Made by a program: the position numbers and the translations under genes. From Candidatus Omnitrophica bacterium UBA6249 (GTDB lineage Bacteria; Omnitrophota; Gorgyraeia; Gygaellales; Profunditerraquicolaceae): a stretch of 64,000 nt of DNA. The DNA is taken from contig DJVT01000009.1 in NCBI GenBank assembly GCA_002441305.1, forward strand, positions 12,839 through 76,838, written 5' to 3'. How positions within the stretch are numbered: the first letter of the stretch is position 1; the number at the start of each line of letters is the position of its first letter. The notes under the pieces were generated by a model. The model was not told where the DNA came from and did not search any database. It saw nothing but the letters and a program-made list of their open reading frames with translations. Positions 36,105-45,564 of this stretch are shown here, piece after piece.

Positions 36105-37370
36105 GTGGCTGCGATGAAGAACGGCATAAAACAAGAGATGCAGGATATAGCCAGGGGCGCTTTAGAGGCGTCCAGGGTGCTGGCGGGAGTATCCTCCGGG
36201 CGGAAAAACGCGGCGCTCAAAGATATGGCGCGCGCTCTCCTTGCGGATAAGCCATCTATCTTGAAGGCAAACAGGAAGGATCTTGCCGGCTGTTCCGCCA
36301 AAGGCAAGGCTTTTACCGACAGGTTGACTCTTAACGCGGACAGGATAAAGCAGATGGCCGGCGGACTGCTCGATGTTGCGAAGTTAGACGACCCGGTGGG
36401 AGAGGTTATGCGCAATTGGGAGACTCCCGGAGGACTGCGCATAAACAAGGTGCGTACGCCGATCGGGGTTATTGCCATAATTTATGAGTCGCGTCCGAAC
36501 GTTACCGCGGATTGCGCCGGCTTGTGCCTTAAGTCCGGCAACAGCGTGATTTTGCGCGGGGGCAGCGAGTCGTTGAATTCCAATATCGCCATATACAAGG
36601 TTTTGGTCTCGGTGTTGAAAAAGCATTCCCTGCCTTGCGCCTGCATCAGCTTGGTCCAGACGCGCGACCATAAGGCGGTGGATGCGCTGCTCAAGCTGGA
36701 TAAATATATCGATGTAGTCATACCGCGCGGAGGGGAAAGTTTAATCAGGAAGGTGGTTTCCTCTTCCCGTATTCCGGTAATCAAACACTATAAAGGCATC
36801 TGCCATGTTTATGTGGATGCCTGGGCGGATTTGAATATGGCCGAGAAGGTGTGTTTTAACGCCAAGGTGCAGAGGCCGGGGGTATGCAATGCGATGGAAT
36901 GCATGCTGGTGCACCGCGATGTTGCGGCAAGATTCCTTCCCGGAATGCTTAAGAAATTCCGCGAGGCGGGAGTTGAAATCCGCGGCTGTGATTTCACAAG
37001 GAAAATAGCCGGTTGGGCAAAGCGTGCTAGCGAGAAGGATTTCCGCAGCGAATACCTGGACCTGATTCTTTCGGTCAAGGTGGTGGGGGATATAGAGGAG
37101 GCGGTTGCGCATATCAATAATTACGGTTCGCACCATTCGGACAGCATAATTACTGATGAGCCGGAGGAGGCCGAGAAGTTCCTGAGAAGGGTGGATTCGG
37201 CCTGCGTTTACCATAACGCTTCGACCCGTTTTACCGACGGCAACCAGTTCGGGATGGGCGCGGAGATCGGTATCTCCACGGATAAATTGCACGCCCGCGG
37301 CCCGATGGCCCTTGAGGAGCTGACTACGTATAAATACGTGGTGTTCGGCAGCGGCCAGGTGCGTAATTGA
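36105..37370 (+). CDS. proA: Gamma-glutamyl phosphate reductase
   Basis: ALDH-fold protein with the PGVCNAMECMLVH catalytic-Cys block, adjacent to proB. Confidence 0.9.
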   Translation: MAAMKNGIKQEMQDIARGALEASRVLAGVSSGRKNAALKDMARALLADKPSILKANRKDLAGCSAKGKAFTDRLTLNADRIKQMAGGLLDVAKLDDPVGEVMRNWETPGGLRINKVRTPIGVIAIIYESRPNVTADCAGLCLKSGNSVILRGGSESLNSNIAIYKVLVSVLKKHSLPCACISLVQTRDHKAVDALLKLDKYIDVVIPRGGESLIRKVVSSSRIPVIKHYKGICHVYVDAWADLNMAEKVCFNAKVQRPGVCNAMECMLVHRDVAARFLPGMLKKFREAGVEIRGCDFTRKIAGWAKRASEKDFRSEYLDLILSVKVVGDIEEAVAHINNYGSHHSDSIITDEPEEAEKFLRRVDSACVYHNASTRFTDGNQFGMGAEIGISTDKLHARGPMALEELTTYKYVVFGSGQVRN

Positions 37371-37375
37371 CAAAG

Positions 37376-37954
37376 ATGAAAATAGGCGTTATCGGCGGGA
37401 CGTTTAACCCCGTACATATAGGCCATCTGATACTTGCGGAAGAGGCAAGGGAAAAACTGGGGCTGGATAAGGTAATCCTTATCCCCACGGCTATGCCTCC
37501 GCATAAAGATGCCTCCGGGATCGCTCCCGCGGAAGACCGGCTTAAAATGCTTAAGCTGTCCGTAAAGGGGAATAAATTCTTCTCCGTTTCGGATATGGAG
37601 ATCAGGCGCCGGGGTCGTTCTTATACAATCGACACGCTGAGGGAGTTGAAACGCAGGTTTGCCCGCGATGAGATATATTTTATTATCGGGTCGGATCTGT
37701 TAAAGTACCTGAATGAGTGGAAAGACCTGGGGCAGATACTTGAGATGGTCAAGTTCGTCGCTGCGACGCGCCCGGGGTACCCTCTTGAGCAGATACCGGA
37801 TTGCATAGATACTATACCTATCCGAGCGGTGGATATTTCGGGTTTTGAGGTAAGAGAGTGTGTGCTTAAGGGCAGGTCGTTCCGTTACCTGGTACCCGAA
37901 GCAGTTTTTAACTACATAACCAAAAACAAACTGTACAGTAGACAGTTTACGTAA
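37376..37954 (+). CDS. nadD: Nicotinate-nucleotide adenylyltransferase
   Basis: GGTFNPVHIGH motif. ATG 37376 is preferred over the listed TTG 37367. The last 5 codons and the stop lie in the repeat outer box. Confidence 0.85.
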   Translation: MKIGVIGGTFNPVHIGHLILAEEAREKLGLDKVILIPTAMPPHKDASGIAPAEDRLKMLKLSVKGNKFFSVSDMEIRRRGRSYTIDTLRELKRRFARDEIYFIIGSDLLKYLNEWKDLGQILEMVKFVAATRPGYPLEQIPDCIDTIPIRAVDISGFEVRECVLKGRSFRYLVPEAVFNYITKNKLYSRQFT

Positions 37955-38060
37955 CTCTTTGATAATAATATTGTTACAAAACAAATATTCCCGGAACCTA
38001 CAAGGGGGTGTATTTCTTTTGTAACTATTGTATTTACATAATGTTATATAAACTGTCTAC
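37938..38060. repeat. Repeat unit A: empty two-box inverted-repeat element (123 bp palindrome-like)
   Basis: L arm: outer GTAGACAGTTTACGTAAC at 37938..37955, inner GTTACAAAACAAATATTCC at 37973..37991. A ~14-nt spacer follows. R arm: inner GGTGTATTTCTTTTGTAAC at 38007..38025, outer TTACATAA[TGTTATATAA]ACTGTCTAC at 38034..38060. Confidence 0.85.
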
Positions 38061-38069
38061 AATAATAGG

Positions 38070-38720
38070 ATGAAGATAAAAGTAGCGCCGTCAATACTGT
38101 CAGCTGATTTTGCCAATCTTGCCGCGGAGCTTAAGAAGATCGAGAAGGCGGGGGCGGATCTGGTGCATGTGGATATTATGGACGGCCACTTCGTGCCGAA
38201 TATAACCATAGGCCCGGTGGTGGTAAAATATATCCGCAAGGCGACAAGCCTTCCGCTGGATGTCCACTTGATGATCGAGAACCCGGCAAAATATATAGAC
38301 GCCTTTGTTTCTGCCGGAGCGGACATGATCACTGTGCACGTAGAGACGCTTACGCTTCGCACGCTGGCAGCGATAGCGGATGGCTTGAAGAAGAGAAAGG
38401 TTAAACTTGGCATCTCTTTGAATCCTCCGACGCCGTTCAGCAAAATTAAAAAGGCCCTGCCTTATGTAGATTTTGTCCTGGTAATGTCGGTGAATCCGGG
38501 TTTCGGCGGGCAGGCATTTATTCCGTCTGCTTTGGACAAGATAAGGCAGCTGCGCGTCGTCTTTAAGAAGGATATCGCCGTGGACGGCGGGATAAACAGC
38601 ATTACCGGTAAACTGGTCAGGGAGGCGGGGGCGAATGTCCTGGCCGCCGGTTCTTATATTTTCGGTGCCACAGACACTAAAAAAGCAATCAACAGTTTAA
38701 GAGAAGGAGAGCTTCGATGA
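38070..38720 (+). CDS. rpe: Ribulose-phosphate 3-epimerase
   Basis: APSILSADF, HVDIMDGHFVPN and MSVNPGFGGQ blocks. Confidence 0.9.
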   Translation: MKIKVAPSILSADFANLAAELKKIEKAGADLVHVDIMDGHFVPNITIGPVVVKYIRKATSLPLDVHLMIENPAKYIDAFVSAGADMITVHVETLTLRTLAAIADGLKKRKVKLGISLNPPTPFSKIKKALPYVDFVLVMSVNPGFGGQAFIPSALDKIRQLRVVFKKDIAVDGGINSITGKLVREAGANVLAAGSYIFGATDTKKAINSLREGELR

Positions 38721-40108
38721 GCAATGCAACTGCGCAAATCAAATTCGGGACCGATGGATGGAGGGCGATCATCGCCGATACCTATACCCTGGAGAACGTG
38801 AAGATATTGAGCCAGGCGGTGGCGGATTACCTGGGCAGCGGTAAAAAAGTGGCAGTGGGTTATGATACGCGTTTTATGTCCGCCAAATTCGCCGAGGCCG
38901 CCGGGGCAGTGTTGAAGAATAACGGCATGGAGGTGGTTCTTTCCGACAGGCCGACCCCTACGCCGGCATTGAGCTTTATCGTCAAATCCCGCAAGCTTGA
39001 CCTGGGGATTATGATTACCGCTTCGCATAACCCGGCCGAATATAACGGTTTCAAGATCAAGAATGCCGCAGGAGGCGGGGCGAGCCAGGAGCTGACCAGG
39101 CAGGTCGAGGCTTTATTATGCAAGAATCCGGTTAAGGATGCCGCTCTTGCCGAGCCTCTTGTTACGACGGATATTACCAAGGATTACATAAAATTCATCC
39201 GCGGTTATGTTGACCTTAAAAAAATCAAGAATAAGAAATTTAAAGTGCTGGTCGATTCCATGTACGGTTCGGGCGACAGCTTTATCGCCCAGGTGCTCAA
39301 AGGCACGAGCATTAAGCTGGAGTTTATGCGTAATACTATCAATCCCTCTTTTGGCGGGGGCAGGCCGGAGCCGATAGAGGAGAACTTGAAAGAGCTTAAG
39401 GAGCGCGTAAAAAAGGAGAAATTTGACCTGGGTATTGCCCTGGACGGGGATGCGGACAGGATTGCCGCGGTAGCCCCCGGAGGCGTGTTTATCCATCCGC
39501 AGAAAATACTGGGCTTGCTTGCCCTGCATTTGAACCAGGACCGTCACTGGAGCGGCGGGCTGGTCAAGACCATCTGCGGTACGACGATGATGGACAATAT
39601 CGCAAAATTCCTGGGGATCAAGCTTTACGAGACCCCGGTAGGGTTTAAATACATATCCAATCTTATGGAGACCGAGGATATCGTCGCCGGAGGTGAAGAG
39701 GCGGGCGGTATGGGCGTAAAAGGCTATATACCCGAGCGTGACGGGACTATGGCCGGGCTCCTGCTTATCGAGATGATGGTTTACCGCAACAAGAATATAC
39801 TCAAGATCCTGAATGAGACCGAGGAGAAATTCGGCAAATATTATTATGTGCGCCAGGATTTCCATCTGGCAAAAAGAGTGGAGCCGAAGAAAGAGAATCT
39901 TCCCGCCGAGCTCTTGGGCAAGAAGGTTGTCGACGTCAAAGATTACGACGGCGTGAAGCTGATCTGCGAGGATGAAAGCTGGCTGATGTTCCGCGGTTCC
40001 GGCACCGAGCCGATTATGCGTACCTACGCGGAGGCAAAAAGCCTGGCCCGGGCCAGGAAACTGCTCGCCGTGGGTAAAGAAATAATCCTTAAGGATGTAC
40101 AGATTTAG
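38717..40108 (+). CDS. Phosphoglucomutase/phosphomannomutase family protein
   Basis: Phosphoserine loop TASHNPAEYNGFK and Mg site LDGDADR. Confidence 0.85.
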   Translation: MSNATAQIKFGTDGWRAIIADTYTLENVKILSQAVADYLGSGKKVAVGYDTRFMSAKFAEAAGAVLKNNGMEVVLSDRPTPTPALSFIVKSRKLDLGIMITASHNPAEYNGFKIKNAAGGGASQELTRQVEALLCKNPVKDAALAEPLVTTDITKDYIKFIRGYVDLKKIKNKKFKVLVDSMYGSGDSFIAQVLKGTSIKLEFMRNTINPSFGGGRPEPIEENLKELKERVKKEKFDLGIALDGDADRIAAVAPGGVFIHPQKILGLLALHLNQDRHWSGGLVKTICGTTMMDNIAKFLGIKLYETPVGFKYISNLMETEDIVAGGEEAGGMGVKGYIPERDGTMAGLLLIEMMVYRNKNILKILNETEEKFGKYYYVRQDFHLAKRVEPKKENLPAELLGKKVVDVKDYDGVKLICEDESWLMFRGSGTEPIMRTYAEAKSLARARKLLAVGKEIILKDVQI

Positions 40109-40682
40109 CAGATTTATAATTCTGGTAATACTGAAGATTTTTTTCAGGTTCAAAGTGGAAGGCAGGGAGAACATCCCCGAAAGAGGAGGTTTTATTCTTG
40201 TCTCCAATCATATAAGCTATCTTGATCCGCCCGCCGTAGGTTCGGCCTGCCGGCGGCCGGTGCATTTTATAGCCAGGGATAACCTGTTCGATATCCCGTT
40301 GTTGAAATTCTGGCTTAAGGCGGTGGGGGTAATCCCGCTTAAAAGGGATTCCGCGGATACGTCCGCGATAAAGAAAGGATTGAAGGTTTTGCGTAACGGC
40401 GAGGGGCTTGCATTGTTTCCTGAGGGTACACGCAGGAGTAAAGAGGATAGATACTTGAATCCCGAGCCGGGAGCTGGTTTTTTGGCGGCAAAGGGAGGCG
40501 TGCCGGTAATCCCGGCATTTGTCTCCGGAACGGATGAAGCTTTGCCGCGCCATGCGCATTCGCTGCGTTTGACCAAGATACACGTGCGCCTGGGAAAAGA
40601 AATTCTTATAGAAAGGGGGAAGCCTTATCAGGAAATCTCCGACTTGATAATGGCTAAGATAAAAGAATTATCGAATAACTGA
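40095..40682 (+). CDS. plsC: 1-acyl-sn-glycerol-3-phosphate acyltransferase
   Basis: HX4D motif NHISYLD and FPEGTRR. Confidence 0.85.
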   Translation: MYRFSRFIILVILKIFFRFKVEGRENIPERGGFILVSNHISYLDPPAVGSACRRPVHFIARDNLFDIPLLKFWLKAVGVIPLKRDSADTSAIKKGLKVLRNGEGLALFPEGTRRSKEDRYLNPEPGAGFLAAKGGVPVIPAFVSGTDEALPRHAHSLRLTKIHVRLGKEILIERGKPYQEISDLIMAKIKELSNN

Positions 40683-40737
40683 TACGAAAAACGCATAGAA
40701 TAAAAAATAAAAATAAAAAGAAAGGAAGTATCTGAAA

Positions 40738-42282
40738 ATGTCAAGTACTACGAGAGAAGAATTGGAGCAGTTGTATAACCAGAGCATCAAAGAAATGAAA
40801 GAGGGCCAGGTGGTCACGGGTAAGATCGTGGGCATCAAGAATAAAGAGGTCCTGGTGGATGTCGGTTTTAAATCCGAAGGGATAGTCCCGATCACGGAGT
40901 TCAATACCGCTGACCTTGAGATGGGCAGAGAGATGGAGTTCCTCCTGGAGAATATGGAGAATGACGCCGGGGTAATGACCCTTTCCCGCGAGAAGGCGAT
41001 GCGTATGCAGGGCTGGGACAAGATCGTAAAGATCTCCAACGAAGGTTCCCTGGTGGAAGGCAAACCGGTCAAGAAGGTAAAGGGCGGTTTTCTCGTGGAT
41101 ATCATGGGTATCGAAGGCTTCCTGCCCAGTTCCTTGTCCGCTTTCCGCAATATACCCGATAAGGATATCCTGTATAAGGTATTCAAGTTCAAGATCGTCA
41201 AGGTAAACAACCTGCGCCGCAGCATCATCGTCAGCCGCCGTGAAGCGGTACAGGCGGACAGGGACTTGGCCAAGAGCAAGATCTGGAGCGAGCTTAAGAT
41301 CGGCAACATCTATCCCGGCACGGTCAAGGCGATTACCGATTTCGGAGCCTTCATCGACCTGGGCGGGGTGGACGGGCTTTTGCATATCACCGATATGTCC
41401 TGGTCCAAGATCAGCCATCCGAGCGAGATCGTGGCTATCGGGGACAAGATCGAGATCATGGTCCTGAATATGGACCAGGCCTCGGGCAAGGTATCCTTAG
41501 GCCTCAAGCAGAGGCAGGCGGATCCCTGGCAGGATATCGAGAACAAGTTCAGCGTCGGCGCCAAGGTTAAGGGCAAGGTGGTCAATATCCTTCCTTACGG
41601 TATCTTCGTGGAGCTGGAGAAGGGGATCGAGGGATTGGTGCATGTCTCGGAGATCTCCTGGACCAAGCGCGTGAACAATCCCGGAGAGATGTTCGCCGTA
41701 GGCGATATACTGGAGACCCAGATACTCAGCGTGGAGAAGGATTCGCGCAGGATATCCTTGAGCCTTAAACAGCTCGAGCAGAATCCGTGGACCGAGGCGG
41801 AAGCCAAGTACCCGGTGGGTTCCACTGTATCGGGCAAAGTGCGCGGTTTTACGGATTACGGCGCATTCGTGGAGCTGGATTCCAACCTGGAAGGGATGAT
41901 CCATGTTTCCGACCTTTCCTGGACCAAAAGGATCGGGCATCCGCAGGATGTATTGAAAAAAGGCCAGAAGGTGGACGTTTATGTACTTTCGGTCGATGCC
42001 TCAAGCCGCAGGATCGCCCTGGGGTTAAAACAGCTGCAGGAGAATCCCTGGCCGAAGATCGCCGAGAAGTATCCTCTGGATACGGTGTTGGAAGCCGAGG
42101 TATCCAGCATTACGGAGTTCGGGGTATTCGCGAATATCGACAGCGAGCTGGAAGGGTTGATTTATTCTAGCGAGATAGATAAAGAAGCGGTTGCCAACCT
42201 GAAACCGGGTGATAAGGTAAACGTCAAGATAATCAAGGTCGACGTGGAGCAGGCAAAAATCGGCCTGACTGCGCGCCTTTAA
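40738..42282 (+). CDS. rpsA: 30S ribosomal protein S1
   Basis: 514 aa made of six tandem S1 (OB) repeats. Confidence 0.9.
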   Translation: MSSTTREELEQLYNQSIKEMKEGQVVTGKIVGIKNKEVLVDVGFKSEGIVPITEFNTADLEMGREMEFLLENMENDAGVMTLSREKAMRMQGWDKIVKISNEGSLVEGKPVKKVKGGFLVDIMGIEGFLPSSLSAFRNIPDKDILYKVFKFKIVKVNNLRRSIIVSRREAVQADRDLAKSKIWSELKIGNIYPGTVKAITDFGAFIDLGGVDGLLHITDMSWSKISHPSEIVAIGDKIEIMVLNMDQASGKVSLGLKQRQADPWQDIENKFSVGAKVKGKVVNILPYGIFVELEKGIEGLVHVSEISWTKRVNNPGEMFAVGDILETQILSVEKDSRRISLSLKQLEQNPWTEAEAKYPVGSTVSGKVRGFTDYGAFVELDSNLEGMIHVSDLSWTKRIGHPQDVLKKGQKVDVYVLSVDASSRRIALGLKQLQENPWPKIAEKYPLDTVLEAEVSSITEFGVFANIDSELEGLIYSSEIDKEAVANLKPGDKVNVKIIKVDVEQAKIGLTARL

Positions 42283-42296
42283 AGTTAGAATGACTG

Positions 42297-42337
42297 CTGC
42301 CGCGGGCCGGGAATGTCCCGGTTCCGGCGGCAGTTTA
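42297..42337 (+). terminator. Possible intrinsic terminator after rpsA
   Basis: Nested GC-rich hairpin: CTGCCGC (42297..42303) pairs with GCGGCAG (42327..42333), and an inner CCGGGA/TCCCGG stem lies inside. It is followed by only a short TTTA run. Confidence 0.4.
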
Positions 42338-42343
42338 TAAAAG

Positions 42344-43510
42344 ATGAAAAACGTCGAAGAACAGCTTAAGCTTATCAGGCGCGGGGTAGTAGAGGTAATC
42401 TCCGGGGATGAATTGCGCAAGAAGCTTGAGTGGAGCGTTAAGTCCGGGCGCCCGTTGAAGGTAAAAGCGGGATTCGACCCTACCGCTCCTGACCTGCACC
42501 TGGGGCATACCGTGCTTCTGAGGAAGCTGCGCCAGTTTCAGGATCTGGGGCATGAGGTATATTTCCTGATCGGCGATTTTACCGGCCGTATAGGGGATCC
42601 CACAGGGCGTTCGGAGATCAGGAAACAGCTTACCAGGCAGGAGGTAGCCAAGAATGCCAGGACTTATAAGAAACAGGTTTCCAAGATCCTGGACGTAAAG
42701 AAGCTGAAGATAGTCTTTAACAGCAGGTGGTTTGAGCGCATGCAGGTAGCCGATATGCTCAAACTTACTACGCTTGCCTCGGTTTCCCAGATGCTTGCCC
42801 GGGAGGATTTCAAAAAGCGTTATTCCCAGGGCGAGAATATCTCCATCCTCGAGTTCATTTATCCTCTTATGCAAGGCTATGATTCGGTTATGCTCAAGGC
42901 AGATATCGAGCTCGGCGGGACGGACCAGATATTCAACCTTTTGGTAGGGCGCGACCTGCAAAAGGATTTTAACCAGCACCAGCAGGTGGTCCTGACCATG
43001 CCCCTCCTGGAAGGCACCGACGGCGTGCAGAAGATGAGCAAGTCGTACGGGAACTATATCGGCATAAACGAGACCGCAAAAGAAATGTTCGGCAAGGTGA
43101 TGTCGGTCTCCGATGAGCTGATGCTCAAGTACTACGAGCTGCTTACCGACGAGGACATGGATGCGGTAAAGAAGATGCATCCCAGGGAGGCCAAGGTAAA
43201 ACTGGCCAAGATTATCATTACGCAGTACCATTCGGCGCAGGCGGCAGAAAAAGAGGCGGCGGAGTTTACTCGCGTATTCTCCCAAAAGGAAGTGCCGCAG
43301 GATATGCCGGTTTTTAAGGCCAGCGGCAAAAAGAGCGTATTGGCTATCCTCCTGGAGAGCAAGCTTGTCGCCAGCGGCAACGAGGCGCGCCGCCTGATCA
43401 AGCAGGGCGCGGTAAGCTTCAACAACGTAAAAATAGACAAAGATGACTTTATCCCCGGCGAGCCGGGTATCCTCAAGGCCGGTTCCCGCCGCTTCCTCAA
43501 AATCCTGTAG
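42344..43510 (+). CDS. tyrS: Tyrosyl-tRNA synthetase
   Basis: HIGH-type [13 protein letters not shown], and a C-terminal S4-like domain. The TAG stop is the TAG of the repeat head GTAG. Confidence 0.9.
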   Translation: MKNVEEQLKLIRRGVVEVISGDELRKKLEWSVKSGRPLKVKAGFDPTAPDLHLGHTVLLRKLRQFQDLGHEVYFLIGDFTGRIGDPTGRSEIRKQLTRQEVAKNARTYKKQVSKILDVKKLKIVFNSRWFERMQVADMLKLTTLASVSQMLAREDFKKRYSQGENISILEFIYPLMQGYDSVMLKADIELGGTDQIFNLLVGRDLQKDFNQHQQVVLTMPLLEGTDGVQKMSKSYGNYIGINETAKEMFGKVMSVSDELMLKYYELLTDEDMDAVKKMHPREAKVKLAKIIITQYHSAQAAEKEAAEFTRVFSQKEVPQDMPVFKASGKKSVLAILLESKLVASGNEARRLIKQGAVSFNNVKIDKDDFIPGEPGILKAGSRRFLKIL

Positions 43511-43622
43511 ACAGTTTACGTAACTCCATATCCTTCACTTAGATCCAAAAGAAATATTCCCATACTTAAAAATAATTCCGTTAGACTCATCTTCCTTTTT
43601 CGTCAATTGCGGTAAAAGGAGG

Positions 43623-44315
43623 ATGACCATGCCGTCACATGCGCGCAGGCACCAGTTGCAGCAATCGTTGGTATATCATGCATTCAGCAGAAGCAGCGGG
43701 CGCAGGGAGATTTTTCATAACTCCCGGGACTTCGCATACTTCAAGAAATTAATCAAGGATTATACAGATAAATTTGGGATCAGTGTGTATCATTGGGTGA
43801 TCATGCCGAATCATTACCATCTTGTTCTTGAGCTTGATGTTCCTGAATCGATCTCCGGTTTTATGGCAGGATTGCACCGGGCGTATAGCCATTATTACTG
43901 CAGGAGATACGATACGGTGGGATTCTTGTGGCAGGGGAGATTCAAATTACAGCCGGTGCAGAAAGAGGCGTATTTGAAGAATTGCGGCAGGTATGTGGAA
44001 AGGAATCCGGTGCGTTCCGGGTTCGTTAAAGAGGCCTGTGAATATAACTATGGCAGCGCGCGATTCTATTGTTTGGGAGAAGAGGACGGGATAACAAAAA
44101 TGAGCCCTTATTTCGATGAATTCGGGAATAATATCAGGGCCAGGCAGGTGGCCTATAAAGAGTTCTTAAGCGTCCTTGACCGGGGGGATGAAGATCGTTT
44201 TTCCGGTGCGGGTATTATTTGCGGCGATAAGGTTTTTATCGGGAAACTGGTAAAAATGAACGGGCATTATTTTCCGAGAAGGAGCGGAAGAAGAAGGCTT
44301 TCTGGAGAGAGTTAA
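43623..44315 (+). CDS. REP-associated tyrosine transposase (RAYT; IS200-like Y1/HUH transposase family)
   Basis: HUH motif in MPNHYHLVL, WQGRF block, and the catalytic-Tyr context RYVERNPVR. AAAGGAGG RBS precedes the start. Confidence 0.8.
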   Translation: MTMPSHARRHQLQQSLVYHAFSRSSGRREIFHNSRDFAYFKKLIKDYTDKFGISVYHWVIMPNHYHLVLELDVPESISGFMAGLHRAYSHYYCRRYDTVGFLWQGRFKLQPVQKEAYLKNCGRYVERNPVRSGFVKEACEYNYGSARFYCLGEEDGITKMSPYFDEFGNNIRARQVAYKEFLSVLDRGDEDRFSGAGIICGDKVFIGKLVKMNGHYFPRRSGRRRLSGES

Positions 44316-44356
44316 TTTATCTTTATTTCCCCTCCGTTTGGATATATAATCAAAAC

Positions 44357-44626
44357 ATGTTCTGGACTTTTATCGGGGCGCTCGCCGCTACCTTAACCAT
44401 GTTTTCATTTATTCCCCAAATAGCCAAATCCATGCGGACAAGGTCTGTTAAAGATGTGAGCCCGGTTACTTTGTTCCAGCTTTCTACGGGAGTATTTCTC
44501 TGGATGGTGTATGGCTTTGCGCGCAAGGACCCTATAATAATCGGGGCTAACCTGATTACCTTCGCCAGCCTTACGGTGCTCATTTTCCTATACTTTAAAT
44601 ATAAAAGGATAAAAGTTTCTTCATAG
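44357..44626 (+). CDS. SemiSWEET / PQ-loop small membrane transporter
   Basis: 89 aa with three TM helices and a PQ motif (FIPQIAKS). Confidence 0.7.
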   Translation: MFWTFIGALAATLTMFSFIPQIAKSMRTRSVKDVSPVTLFQLSTGVFLWMVYGFARKDPIIIGANLITFASLTVLIFLYFKYKRIKVSS

Positions 44627-44700
44627 CCGGAGTATTTCTTTTACAACTTTATATAAATCAACGGATTACATAAACTGTCTACGGAGCTGCGGAGCAGGGG

Positions 44701-45564
44701 ATGAAGGGGATAATTTTAGCGGGGGGAAGGGCTACAAGATTATATCCGATCACCAAGAGTGTCTGTAAGCAGATGCTTCCTGTTTACGACAAGCCGATGA
44801 TATACTATCCTTTGTCGGTGTTGATGCTCGCCGGGATAAAGGACATCCTGCTTATCTCTTCCTCCAAAGAGCTCCCCAGGTTCAAGGACCTGCTGGGAAG
44901 CGGAAAAGACCTGGGCATCAGGATCTCTTATGCGGAGCAAAAAAAGCCGGAAGGGATCGCCCAGAGCCTGATTATAGCCGAGGATTTTATCGGCAGGGAC
45001 AGTATCTGTCTTATCCTGGGGGATAACATCTTCTACGGCTACAACCTGGTCAAACTTCTTCAGAACCACGCCAAATTGAAAAAGGGTGCGGTTGTCTTCG
45101 GCTACTGCGTGAAAGACCCCGCCCGCTACGGGGTATTCAAGTTCGACAAAAAAGGGCAAGTTGCCTCGATAGAAGAAAAACCCGCCCACCCCAAGTCCAG
45201 CTGGGCTGTTTCAGGGCTGTATTTTTACGACAACGATGCGCCTAAAATCGCCAAAAGGATAAAACCGTCCGCAAGGGGGGAGCTTGAAATTACCTCGGTA
45301 AATAATGAATATATAAAAAGAGGGGGGCTGAAGGCTGAGTTCCTCGGCCGGGGGCACGCCTGGCTCGATACAGGGACTTATGAATCCCTCATCGATGCCT
45401 CCGTGTTCATCAAGACCATCGAGGAGCGGCAAGGGCTGAAGATCGGGTGCATAGAAGAAGTCGCTTACCGGATGAAATATATAAACAAAGGCCAGCTTAT
45501 CAGGCTTGCAAAGAGGATGCCCGCTGCCTACGGGAACTATTTAAGGAACCTGTCCCGAGAGTGA
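44701..45564 (+). CDS. rfbA: Glucose-1-phosphate thymidylyltransferase
   Basis: GIILAGGRATRLYPIT N-terminus and RmlA-type blocks throughout. Confidence 0.9.
   Translation: MKGIILAGGRATRLYPITKSVCKQMLPVYDKPMIYYPLSVLMLAGIKDILLISSSKELPRFKDLLGSGKDLGIRISYAEQKKPEGIAQSLIIAEDFIGRDSICLILGDNIFYGYNLVKLLQNHAKLKKGAVVFGYCVKDPARYGVFKFDKKGQVASIEEKPAHPKSSWAVSGLYFYDNDAPKIAKRIKPSARGELEITSVNNEYIKRGGLKAEFLGRGHAWLDTGTYESLIDASVFIKTIEERQGLKIGCIEEVAYRMKYINKGQLIRLAKRMPAAYGNYLRNLSRE

Larger units (their letters stand above)
43507..44682. mobile_element. Repeat unit B: RAYT gene (+ SemiSWEET) bracketed by the two-box inverted arms
   Basis: L outer GTAGACAGTTTACGTAAC at 43507..43524; L inner CAAAAGAAATATTCC at 43546..43560. 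R inner GGAGTATTTCTTTTACAAC at 44629..44647; R outer ATTACATAAACTGTCTAC at 44665..44682. Confidence 0.8.

Noticed and set aside
44350-44583. 77-aa minus-strand ORF opposite the SemiSWEET gene.
   Set aside because: The + strand product has a clean three-TM PQ-loop pattern and fits the strand bias. The minus-strand product has no recognisable features.
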